Shown here: positions 40,910 to 50,074 of the stretch, in pieces | Position numbering within the stretch: the stretch's first letter is position 1 | How the letters are laid out: each line of letters starts with the position of its first letter | From: an uncultured Prevotella sp. | GTDB taxonomy: Bacteria; Bacteroidota; Bacteroidia; Bacteroidales; Bacteroidaceae | Assembly: GCA_902477645.1 (NCBI GenBank) | Contig: CABSIA010000001.1 | Coordinates: 1-60,016, forward strand | Reading direction: 5' to 3' | Length of the DNA: 60,016 bases | Program-made: the position numbers and the translations under genes | The notes under the pieces: generated by a model | Told to the model about the DNA's origin: nothing | Databases searched by the model: none | Seen by the model: the letters and a program-made list of their open reading frames with translations, nothing else

Positions 40910-42880
40910 ATGGAAGAAAATCTGAATCCGGAAAATAATTATTCGGCCAGTAACATTCAGGTGCTGGAAGGCCTCGAGGCTGTCCGCAAACGCCCTGCCA
41001 TGTATATTGGCGACATTAGCGAGAAAGGCCTGCACCACCTCGTAAACGAGACTGTCGACAACTCCATCGACGAAGCCATGGCCGGCTATTGTACAGATAT
41101 CGAGGTGACAATCAATGAGGACGAGTCTATAACCGTACAGGACAACGGCCGAGGAATACCTGTCGACATGCACGAGAAGCTGCACAAAAGCGCTCTTGAG
41201 GTCGTTATGACAGTTCTCCATGCCGGCGGCAAGTTCGACAAGGGATCATACAAGGTCAGCGGCGGTCTGCACGGTGTCGGTGTCAGCTGCGTAAACGCAC
41301 TGTCAACCCACATGCTGTCGCAGGTGTTCCGCGACGGAAAGATTTATCAGCAGGAATACGAGAAAGGAAAGCCTCTCTATTCTGTAAAAGTCGTTGGCGA
41401 GACCGAGCTCAGAGGTACACGCCAGCAGTTCTGGCCCGACCCGACAATATTCACAACCACACACTACCAGTGGGATATTATCGCACGCCGTATGCGCGAG
41501 CTCGCATACCTCAACGCAGGCATCAGAATCACCCTGCGTGACCTTCGTCCGGACGAGGAAGGCAAGACAAAGCAGGAAGTGTTCCATGCCAAGGATGGCC
41601 TCAAAGAATTCGTACGCTACGTAGACCGTCACCGTCAGCACCTTTTCGACGATGTTATCTATCTCAAAACCGAGAAAAACAACATACCAATCGAGGTGGC
41701 TGTCATGTACAACACCGACTATTCAGAGAATATCCACTCCTACGTAAACAACATCAACACCATAGAGGGCGGTACCCACCTCACGGGTTTCCGCATGGCT
41801 CTCACACGTACGCTGAAAGCATACGCGGAGGCTGACCCCACAATATCAAAACAGATTGAGAAAGCTAAGGTAGAGATAGCACCCGAAGACTTCCGTGAGG
41901 GTCTTACAGCCGTTATCTCGATAAAGGTTGCCGAGCCGCAGTTTGAGGGTCAGACAAAGACAAAACTCGGAAACAGCGAGGTTCAGGGAGCTGTGCAGCA
42001 GGCTGTAAATGAGGCACTCTCATACTATCTCGAGGAGCATCCCGCAGAGGCCAAGCAGATTTGCGAGAAAGTGGTTCTTGCCGCAACAGCGCGTATTGCG
42101 GCCCGCAAAGCGCGAGAGAGCGTTCAGCGCAAGAGCGTTATGACCGGTGGCGGACTCCCGGGAAAGCTCGCCGACTGCTCTAACAAAGACCCCAAGGCAT
42201 GCGAGATTTTCCTTGGCGAGGGGGACTCCGCAGGCGGTTCTGCCAAACAGGGACGCGACCGCTACACCCAGGCTATTCTGCCTTTGCGCGGTAAAATCCT
42301 GAACGTTGAGAAAGTGCAGTGGCACAAGGTGTTCGAGGCAGAGTCGGTGATGAACATCATCCAGTCCATAGGCGTACGCTTCGGCGTAGACGGCGAGGAC
42401 TCCAAGGAGGCAAACACCGACAAACTGCGCTACGACAAGATTATCATAATGACCGATGCCGATGTCGACGGCTCTCACATCGACACCCTCATAATGACCC
42501 TGTTCTACCGCTTCATGCCGAAAATCATTCAGGAAGGACACCTCTACATAGCCACGCCCCCTCTGTACAAGTGCACATACAAGAAGTTCAGCGAATACTG
42601 CTACACCGAGCAACAGCGTCAGGCTTTCATCGACAAGTATGTTGACGGACGCGACGACGACAAGGCTCTCCACACACAACGCTATAAAGGTCTTGGCGAG
42701 ATGAACCCAGAGCAGCTTTGGGAGACAACCATGGATCCGAAGAGCCGTCTGCTGAAGCAGGTGACCATAGAAAATGCCGCCGACGCCGACGAGATATTCT
42801 CCATGCTTATGGGCGACGATGTTGAGCCACGCCGCGAGTTCATCGAGAAAAACGCAACCTACGCAAACATCGACGCATAA
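40910..42880 (+). CDS. gyrB: DNA gyrase subunit B
   Basis: VRKRPAMYIG, GGLHGVG, EGDSAGG, PLRGK, DADVDG, RYKGLGEM. Confidence 0.98.
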   Translation: MEENLNPENNYSASNIQVLEGLEAVRKRPAMYIGDISEKGLHHLVNETVDNSIDEAMAGYCTDIEVTINEDESITVQDNGRGIPVDMHEKLHKSALEVVMTVLHAGGKFDKGSYKVSGGLHGVGVSCVNALSTHMLSQVFRDGKIYQQEYEKGKPLYSVKVVGETELRGTRQQFWPDPTIFTTTHYQWDIIARRMRELAYLNAGIRITLRDLRPDEEGKTKQEVFHAKDGLKEFVRYVDRHRQHLFDDVIYLKTEKNNIPIEVAVMYNTDYSENIHSYVNNINTIEGGTHLTGFRMALTRTLKAYAEADPTISKQIEKAKVEIAPEDFREGLTAVISIKVAEPQFEGQTKTKLGNSEVQGAVQQAVNEALSYYLEEHPAEAKQICEKVVLAATARIAARKARESVQRKSVMTGGGLPGKLADCSNKDPKACEIFLGEGDSAGGSAKQGRDRYTQAILPLRGKILNVEKVQWHKVFEAESVMNIIQSIGVRFGVDGEDSKEANTDKLRYDKIIIMTDADVDGSHIDTLIMTLFYRFMPKIIQEGHLYIATPPLYKCTYKKFSEYCYTEQQRQAFIDKYVDGRDDDKALHTQRYKGLGEMNPEQLWETTMDPKSRLLKQVTIENAADADEIFSMLMGDDVEPRREFIEKNATYANIDA

Positions 42881-42968
42881 CATTCCGACAATATTATTAT
42901 TGGGAAACTCCGCACGGCAAAAACACGTCTGCAGGGTTTCCCTTTTTCAATAACATTTAACCGCCTCT

Positions 42969-45353
42969 ATGAGACATCTCACAAAATTAACAGCAATGAC
43001 TTTTATGGCATTGGCAGCCGGGACCTATGCGCAGCAGCTTCCAATGCGTCTGTGGTACGACAAGCCTGCCGGATTTTTCGAGGAGGCATTGCCCATTGGC
43101 AACGGCAAACTTGGCGCCATGGTATATGGCGGCACCAAGGACAACGTTATATATCTGAACGACATCACATTCTGGACAGGAAAGCCCGTAGACAACGATA
43201 CCGATAAAGACGCGCACACATGGCTGCCAAAAGTAAGGGAGGCCTTACTCAACGAAGACTACCGGAAGGCTGACGAGCTGCAAAAAAACATACAAGGCCC
43301 CAACAGCCAGTCCTTTCAGCCGCTTGCAACTCTTCATATCTTTGATGACAATGGCGCAAAAGCCGACAGCTACTACCGGCAGCTGAGCCTCGACAGCGCA
43401 GTGTGCAAAGATGTATATACCGCCAACGGCACCACGTTTACAAGAGAATATTTCGCCTCAAACCCTGACAAGCTGATAGCCATCCACATAAAGGCAGATA
43501 AGCCAGGCGCCATATCTCAGCGTATAATGCTTACCGGCCAGACTCCGCATAAAGTAAGGGCCACAGGCAACCAGCTTACAATGACCGGACATGCAATGGG
43601 CGACCCGATAAGCTCCATACACTTCTGCACCATTTTGCAGGCAAATGCCAATGGCGGAACCATTACAGCCAACGACTCATCACTTTACATTAAAAATGCC
43701 GACGAGGTAACTGTTTATTTAGTCAACGAGACCAGCTTCAACGGTGCAGACAAACATCCCGTAAAAGAGGGAGCACCTTACATAGAGACTGCCACCGACA
43801 ATATCTGGCATACCCGCAACTACAGCTATAGCCAGTTTGTATCACGGCACGTTGCCGACTACAAGAAATACTTTGACCGCCTGACATTCAGTCTTGACGG
43901 GGCGAGGCTCAACACCCAGATGACTACCGACAGCCTGCTGAAGTCGTACACCGACAATGGTGCCGACAGCCGGTATCTTGAGATACTGTACATGCAATAC
44001 GGGCGGTATCTGCTCATATCTTCGTCACGTACTCCTGGTGTACCAGCAAATCTCCAGGGCCTGTGGGCAAACAAACTCAAGTCTCCATGGCGAGGCAACT
44101 ACACAGTAAACATAAATCTTGAGGAAAACTACTGGCCTGCAGAGGTGGCAAACCTCAGCGAGATGACAGAGCCGTTATGGGAGTTTATGCGTCAGCTGGC
44201 ACGCAACGGTAGCCATACGGCACGCAACTATTATGGCGTCAGCCGTGGATGGTGCTCAGGGCATAACAGCGATTTATGGGCAATGGCCAATCCTGTGGGC
44301 GAAAAACACGAGAGCACAAAATGGAGCAACTGGAATATGGGATTTGCATGGCTGTCACAGGCTCTGTGGGAACATTATGCCTTCCGGCTCGACAAACAGT
44401 TCCTTACCGCCACAGCCATGCCTTTGCTGAAAGGCGCAAGCGACTTCTGCGAGGACTGGCTCGTAGAAAACCCGCATGTGAGGGGTGAGCTTTTCACAGC
44501 ACCTGCAACAAGCCCGGAAAACCAGTACAAGACTCCCGACGGCTACAAGGGCGCAACATGCTATGGAGCAACTGCCGACCTTGCCATTATCCGCGAGCTT
44601 TTCACAAACACCATCTATGCCAACAGCATCAGCAACGGTACGGACTTGCCATCGGTAAAAGACAAGCTCAACCGCCTACACCCTTATACTATCGGCAAAA
44701 TGGGCGACATAAACGAATGGTATTACGACTGGGATGACGAAGATTTCCAACACCGCCACCAGAGCCACCTCATCGGACTATATCCAGGACATCAGATAAC
44801 CCCCTCGTCTACACCCGAGCTGGCCAAGGCAGCAACAAGAAGCCTTGAGATAAAGGGCGACCAGACCACAGGCTGGAGCACAGGCTGGAGAATAAACCTG
44901 TGGGCACGCCTTAACCGTCCAGATCAGGCGTATCATATCTATCAGAAGCTTCTCACCTACGTGAGCCCGGACGACTACAAAGGCCCGTACAAACGGCGTA
45001 GCGGAGGCACATATCCTAACCTGTTCGACGCTCATCCGCCATTCCAGATCGACGGCAACTTCGGAGGAACAGCCGGCGTTTGCGAGATGCTTGTACAGAG
45101 CAGCTATACCGTCGCCGGCAACACACCTCACGCCACCATAACATTGCTCCCGGCTCTGCCGGCAGCCTGGAGCAAAGGCTCAATAAAAGGCATCTGTGCA
45201 AGAGGCGGATATACCATAGACATGGAATGGGCCGACGGGAAGGTTGTCAAAGCAGTAATAAATTCTGTAGCCGACGGGAAAGTCGATGTCGCCTATAACG
45301 GTATTGTAAAGACTATAAAGATAAAGGGAGGAAAAAGCAAGACCCTGAAATGA
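42969..45353 (+). CDS. GH95 alpha-L-fucosidase
   Basis: EEALPIGNGKLGAM, GRYLLISSSR, NINLEENYW, HRHQSHL, HPPFQIDGNFG. Confidence 0.93.
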   Translation: MRHLTKLTAMTFMALAAGTYAQQLPMRLWYDKPAGFFEEALPIGNGKLGAMVYGGTKDNVIYLNDITFWTGKPVDNDTDKDAHTWLPKVREALLNEDYRKADELQKNIQGPNSQSFQPLATLHIFDDNGAKADSYYRQLSLDSAVCKDVYTANGTTFTREYFASNPDKLIAIHIKADKPGAISQRIMLTGQTPHKVRATGNQLTMTGHAMGDPISSIHFCTILQANANGGTITANDSSLYIKNADEVTVYLVNETSFNGADKHPVKEGAPYIETATDNIWHTRNYSYSQFVSRHVADYKKYFDRLTFSLDGARLNTQMTTDSLLKSYTDNGADSRYLEILYMQYGRYLLISSSRTPGVPANLQGLWANKLKSPWRGNYTVNINLEENYWPAEVANLSEMTEPLWEFMRQLARNGSHTARNYYGVSRGWCSGHNSDLWAMANPVGEKHESTKWSNWNMGFAWLSQALWEHYAFRLDKQFLTATAMPLLKGASDFCEDWLVENPHVRGELFTAPATSPENQYKTPDGYKGATCYGATADLAIIRELFTNTIYANSISNGTDLPSVKDKLNRLHPYTIGKMGDINEWYYDWDDEDFQHRHQSHLIGLYPGHQITPSSTPELAKAATRSLEIKGDQTTGWSTGWRINLWARLNRPDQAYHIYQKLLTYVSPDDYKGPYKRRSGGTYPNLFDAHPPFQIDGNFGGTAGVCEMLVQSSYTVAGNTPHATITLLPALPAAWSKGSIKGICARGGYTIDMEWADGKVVKAVINSVADGKVDVAYNGIVKTIKIKGGKSKTLK

Positions 45354-46279
45354 CAAAGCAGATACTGACAGCCACTTTGTTTCTTTTGCTTGCCACCGTA
45401 GCGGCAGCTCAGGAGTTCAGCCTGCATTGGATATCGTCTCCGCAGCCCGACTCCACGTCTCAGCTATGGTTCCGCAAGCAGATTGTAAAGAACGGACACC
45501 CGAAAAAAGCATACATCTGCATAGCCACAACAGGCTATGCAGAGCTGTACGTCAACGGACGCAATGTCAGCCGCAATGTCATGACTCCCTACCGTGAGGC
45601 TTTCACATCACACACAGTCACTGCAACCTACGATGTCACACGCTTCACCCACTCCGATACCATTACGCTGGCTGTCTGGTATTCTCCCTCCTACCCTCAC
45701 CTCACAGACAAACAGATATCTGCGGTGTTCTATGGAACCTGCAGCGACGGCACGCCTTTTTCCTATTTTTCCGACCGCTCATGGCTTTGCCGCCAGGCTC
45801 CCGCATCTTTTAACACTAAAGGTGGGGAGACCATCGACGGCAGGCAAGACAAAACATTATGGAAATCAAATTCAGACTATTCACCGGCATTATGGACAGG
45901 ATGCGAGAGCGTAGCTACATCTGGCAGCGACTGGACGCAACAGACAGAACAAACGGCAAGCACCATTGGAGAGGTAATAAATTACAGATATTTCGATATT
46001 GAGAAAGACACCACAACCTACGATTTCGACAAAGGTCTACATGGTTGGCTAAGAATAACCATGCGCAACGCCAGACGTGGCGGGCGTATATTCTTTGGCA
46101 ACATGGAATATATCTGCAACGGCAAACTCGACGAGCAGGCCTGCATGCGCTTCACCACAGAATATATCCGCAAACCAGTTGTCTATGGCGACAGACGGTT
46201 TAAACCCGACCACATTACAAATGTCGAGGGCATAAGCATCGTTACCCGGCACCCCACAGGATGGCAGCCGTATTATTAA
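45350..46279 (+). CDS. Secreted protein with alpha-L-rhamnosidase N-terminal-like beta domains, no catalytic barrel evident
   Basis: WFRK, GYAELYVNG, TYDVT, GGETIDGR, YDFDK..GWLRI; ATGA overlap with GH95. Confidence 0.65.
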   Translation: MTKQILTATLFLLLATVAAAQEFSLHWISSPQPDSTSQLWFRKQIVKNGHPKKAYICIATTGYAELYVNGRNVSRNVMTPYREAFTSHTVTATYDVTRFTHSDTITLAVWYSPSYPHLTDKQISAVFYGTCSDGTPFSYFSDRSWLCRQAPASFNTKGGETIDGRQDKTLWKSNSDYSPALWTGCESVATSGSDWTQQTEQTASTIGEVINYRYFDIEKDTTTYDFDKGLHGWLRITMRNARRGGRIFFGNMEYICNGKLDEQACMRFTTEYIRKPVVYGDRRFKPDHITNVEGISIVTRHPTGWQPYY

Positions 46280-46338
46280 CAGAAGGCATTTGCCCACATC
46301 GGAAAAAATATGTACTTTTGCAGAAAACATTCTAACAA

Positions 46339-47208
46339 ATGATACAGCCAATCACCATAGAATCAGTAAAGGCATTATGCGAATGCTGCTATCTTGACAA
46401 CGACCTCGTAATATTCGACGAGATTGCAAAGGTACCCATACCTTCCGTGCCACGGCGTATGGGATGCATAATGGTGGCTCTGTGTCTGGAAGGACAGGCA
46501 AAATACCGCGTCGACACCATGCAGCACAACGTAAGGGGTGGCGACGTAATCATTATCAGCACCAACCAGGTTACAGACGAATGCGAGCTTTCTGATGACT
46601 GCAGCGGTATGGCTATTATCATGTCCGAGAACTTTTTCCGTGAGATAATATCCGGAGTTCACGAGATATCATCGCTGTTTCTGTTCTCCCGCCGTCATCC
46701 GGTATGCCATCTTGAGCCAGAGGAGATTGTCGTGACAAAAAACTATTTTAAAGCCCTTAACATCAAGGCAAACGAGAGCACACACAGGTTCAGACGTGAG
46801 ACGGTTATTTCTATGATGCGGACAATGATTTACGACCTCAGCAACGTGATATACCGCATCATGCAGGACACCGACCTAAAAAGCACAAGGGCTGACAAGA
46901 TATTTACAGATTTCCTTATGCTGGTAGAAAACAACTACCGCACGCAAAGGCGTGTAGGCTGGTATGCGATCAATATGGGCATTACACCTAAATATCTTTC
47001 GGAAATGATAAAACAGGCAAGCCGGCGCACACCTAACGACTGGATTGACGACTACGTAACGCTTGAGCTGCGTGTACAACTAAAAAACACCTCAAAGAGC
47101 ATAAAGGAGATAACTCAGGAACTGAACTTCCCAAACCAGAGCTTCCTCGGCAAATATTTCAAGGAGCACGTCGGCGTGAGTCCTTCCGAATACCGGAAGA
47201 GACAATAA
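46339..47208 (+). CDS. AraC-family transcriptional regulator
   Basis: ITPKYLS, SIKEI..LNFPNQSFLGKYFK..GVSPSEYR. Confidence 0.95.
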   Translation: MIQPITIESVKALCECCYLDNDLVIFDEIAKVPIPSVPRRMGCIMVALCLEGQAKYRVDTMQHNVRGGDVIIISTNQVTDECELSDDCSGMAIIMSENFFREIISGVHEISSLFLFSRRHPVCHLEPEEIVVTKNYFKALNIKANESTHRFRRETVISMMRTMIYDLSNVIYRIMQDTDLKSTRADKIFTDFLMLVENNYRTQRRVGWYAINMGITPKYLSEMIKQASRRTPNDWIDDYVTLELRVQLKNTSKSIKEITQELNFPNQSFLGKYFKEHVGVSPSEYRKRQ

Positions 47209-47223
47209 CCCCGCCATCCAAGC

Positions 47224-47736
47224 CTACAGAACCTTGGCAAGCTTCTGACGGACTATTTTTCGGGAATAATACAGACGTGACTCCACAATTCTTTCTCCAA
47301 GATCTAAAACCTCGGCAATCTCCGTTGCCGACATACCATTATATCGGCTCATTGTATATATTTTATAGTTTTGGCTATTGAGACTACCCTCGGCAACGGC
47401 ATTCTCAATTTCTATTATGTTGCCGGCCTCAACCTTTGCTATGCTCTGATTGCTCCACTCGTCAATTGTCGGCATAGCTTTAAGAGCCTTGCGGCGGAAA
47501 GCCTGACGGCGGAAATAATCATTCCTAAGGTTGTATGCCGCAACCATTACAAGCCCTTTTAATGTGTCTGCGCAAAGAGTGTCAACGCCAAGCACCTTGA
47601 TGAAAACTTCCTGCACAAGGTCCTCAACATCCTCGTCGCAAATATTATATTGCTTGAAGAGTGCGAATACCTCATTGGCATAATCTACGTAAGCCTTGCC
47701 TACAAGTTCTGATTTGGTCAAATTGTCCGGGTTCAT
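47224..47736 (-). CDS. ECF sigma-70 factor (start taken at MNPDN)
   Basis: EDLVQEVFIKV (region 2), MSATEIAEVL..VESRLY (region 4). Confidence 0.88.
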   Translation of the reverse strand: MNPDNLTKSELVGKAYVDYANEVFALFKQYNICDEDVEDLVQEVFIKVLGVDTLCADTLKGLVMVAAYNLRNDYFRRQAFRRKALKAMPTIDEWSNQSIAKVEAGNIIEIENAVAEGSLNSQNYKIYTMSRYNGMSATEIAEVLDLGERIVESRLYYSRKIVRQKLAKVL

Positions 47737-47798
47737 GTCTCGTTTGGTTTTTAGTTGTGGTGCAAAATTAGCCACAAAACCGAAAACCATAGTGCCGT

Positions 47799-48052
47799 AA
47801 TTGTCCCAAACTATATGCAGCAATTGTCCCAAATCAATTTTGAGACGTTTGCAGCACCCGTTTGGGACAAAAAAAACATACACCTCTTTACACCTGTAAT
47901 CCCATGTAAAAGCATAAAAAACACCGATGAAATGGGCAAAAATAGAAGTTATTACACCTTTTTACACCTATATGCAACCATTTTTTGCCTTAACAGCATG
48001 TCTTAACCAAAATAATACCCAAAATACTTCTTGATGTAAAAATGATGTAAAA
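47799..48052. promoter_or_regulatory. Operator-like repeat arrays in the divergent ECF / DUF3244 intergenic region
   Basis: AATTGTCCCAAA x2, TTTG(A/G)GAC x2, TACACCT x4 in two pairs, TGATGTAAAA x2. Confidence 0.55.
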
Positions 48053-48123
48053 TTAAAGACAATATAATTTTGCCGATAAAAAACAAAATGATAATTTTGC
48101 CAGCGAAAAAAAATCAAAACAAT

Positions 48124-48495
48124 ATGAAGAAAATAGTACTTTTAGCATTATTCTTTTTAGCATCACTGCAAAATGATGCTTCAGTGACAACAGGCATTCA
48201 TCAAACCATCAGAATGCAGTTCCAATACCACGACCCTCACAACGAGGCTCATCCGTTACCTCGAACTCCAGCCAAGCCAATTACCGTATCACAGAATGGT
48301 CATGTATTCACTTTCGCCGAGTATCTTGCTGGCAATATTGTAGAATTGGTATCAGGTGATTCTGTTGTGTACACATCTGTAATTGACGATGACGGCACAA
48401 TTACCATACCAGACAACATCGTTGGTGAATTTGAACTGGTTCTATACTTAGGAGATAATGTTTATAATGCGGAAGTGGAATTACATAATCAATAA
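48124..48495 (+). CDS. DUF3244-like secreted protein (start taken at MKKIV)
   Basis: Signal peptide, HPLPRTP, Ig-like C-terminus VVYTSV..ITIP..GEFELVL. Confidence 0.7.
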   Translation: MKKIVLLALFFLASLQNDASVTTGIHQTIRMQFQYHDPHNEAHPLPRTPAKPITVSQNGHVFTFAEYLAGNIVELVSGDSVVYTSVIDDDGTITIPDNIVGEFELVLYLGDNVYNAEVELHNQ

Positions 48496-48550
48496 TAGAT
48501 ATACACTAAAATTACCGACTCTATATTTCAAGATTTATCAACAACGAGTA

Positions 48551-48723
48551 ATGAAGCACGCACTAATTACATAAGGTCTCGGCTTTATAGGTTGCCATCT
48601 ATGCCTGCCCTTGCTGAACGAACGGCATCATGTCTGTGTTTGGGTGACTTGTCAACGGGATTATTAGAAAGCCTAAGCTTTATGGTGACCTATCCGAATT
48701 TTGATTTGTCTATCAGGCCCGAC
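48551..48723 (+). pseudogene. Remnant of an NAD-dependent sugar epimerase/decarboxylase (UDP-glucuronate decarboxylase-like), N-terminal part only
   Basis: MKHALIT*GLGFIGCHLCLPLLNERHHV, a 1-nt frameshift at ~48635, then CLGDLSTGLLESLSFMVTYPNFDLSIRPD. Matches the TGGxGFIGSHLCxxLLxxGHxVxCLDxxxTG..PxFExIRHD pattern. Confidence 0.7.
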
Positions 48724-48769
48724 AATGGGAAAGTTAGTTACAAATTATAAAATATAAAAAATCATAACT

Positions 48770-50056
48770 ATGAAAACAAGTAGATACAATTATTTCATCC
48801 CTTATGGAGACAAGCACATTTTCTTTAATGGGCTTACAAAACGTTTCTTTTTTGTATCAGATAAAAATTGCCCACGATTCATAGATATTATTACCAATCC
48901 GGGAGAAGAAAGTTATCAGGAAAAATATGCTCCTTTCTTGGAGAGAATGAAGAGCGAGGGTTTCGTGTTAGAAGATAATGTTGATGAGATGGAGTTGGTT
49001 CGAAATGAATTTGAGCAGCAACGCTATTCAGACCAATATATGCTGATGATTCTACCTACATACCAATGCAACTTACGGTGTTGGTATTGCGTCCAAGAGC
49101 ATCAGAATGTAAATATGACTGATGAGACGGTGATTCGTATCAAGAAACACATAAAAAAATATTTATTAGATAGTGGAGTGAAACGCTTCCGTTTATCATG
49201 GTTTGGGGGAGAGCCTCTTTTGGCTTACAAGAAACTAACTGACATCACAATCTTCTCAAAAAACTTTTGCGAGAAAAATAATATTCGTTTCTTTTGTGAT
49301 ATTACAACTAACAGTTTGTTGCTGACTTCTGAAAGGATTAAGGAATTGGGAGAGATAGGAGTATTAAGTTTCCAGATTACCATTGACGGATGCCGAGAGA
49401 AGCACAACCAAGTGAAACAAAACAAGAACAATTCAGCTTTTGACCAAGCTGTCAACAATGTCCTGGAGATAGTGAAAACCATTCCAAATGCGAATTGTAC
49501 TCTTCGCATCAATTATTCTGATAAAACATTGGAGCCTGGCAAAATCATGCATGATGTCAATTTGTTGATTCCGCTTGAATATCGAAAATATATCAAAATT
49601 GCCCCTTGCAAAATATGGCAGATAAAAGATTCCGATATTTCAAAAGAAAAAGTGAGTGAGCTTGACAGCATTATCCGAAGAAAGAGCTATAAAGTCAACA
49701 TTTTAGAAAGAGCCTTGTGTTACGTGGATTATACTCATTTTAACTGCGTATTTCCAAATGGAAAGATTGGAAAATGCGACAATGACAAATTGGAAAACGC
49801 CAAAGGCATATTGACTGAGTCTGGCGATATCGTTTGGGATATTCCATATCCTTATGAGTTACACCAATCTTTGGAAGAAAACAGTAAATGTTCTCATTGT
49901 AAACATCTGCCGTATTGCATGGGACCTTGTCCTTTCAAAAGAGATGAAATGATAGGCAAATTCGGCAAAATAGTGTGTCAATACTCCGATGCAGACAATG
50001 CAATAGAAAGCTCCATCATAAGATACTGTGAAAATTGTTCAAACATCAATAATTAA
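48770..50056 (+). CDS. Radical SAM/SPASM peptide maturase with N-terminal RRE-like extension
   Basis: CNLRCWYC (CxxxCxxC), FGGEP, QITIDG; SPASM cysteines C..GKC..CSHC..C..GPC..C; ~90-aa N-terminal extension. Confidence 0.9.
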   Translation: MKTSRYNYFIPYGDKHIFFNGLTKRFFFVSDKNCPRFIDIITNPGEESYQEKYAPFLERMKSEGFVLEDNVDEMELVRNEFEQQRYSDQYMLMILPTYQCNLRCWYCVQEHQNVNMTDETVIRIKKHIKKYLLDSGVKRFRLSWFGGEPLLAYKKLTDITIFSKNFCEKNNIRFFCDITTNSLLLTSERIKELGEIGVLSFQITIDGCREKHNQVKQNKNNSAFDQAVNNVLEIVKTIPNANCTLRINYSDKTLEPGKIMHDVNLLIPLEYRKYIKIAPCKIWQIKDSDISKEKVSELDSIIRRKSYKVNILERALCYVDYTHFNCVFPNGKIGKCDNDKLENAKGILTESGDIVWDIPYPYELHQSLEENSKCSHCKHLPYCMGPCPFKRDEMIGKFGKIVCQYSDADNAIESSIIRYCENCSNINN

Positions 50057-50074
50057 TATCTTGACACATACATT

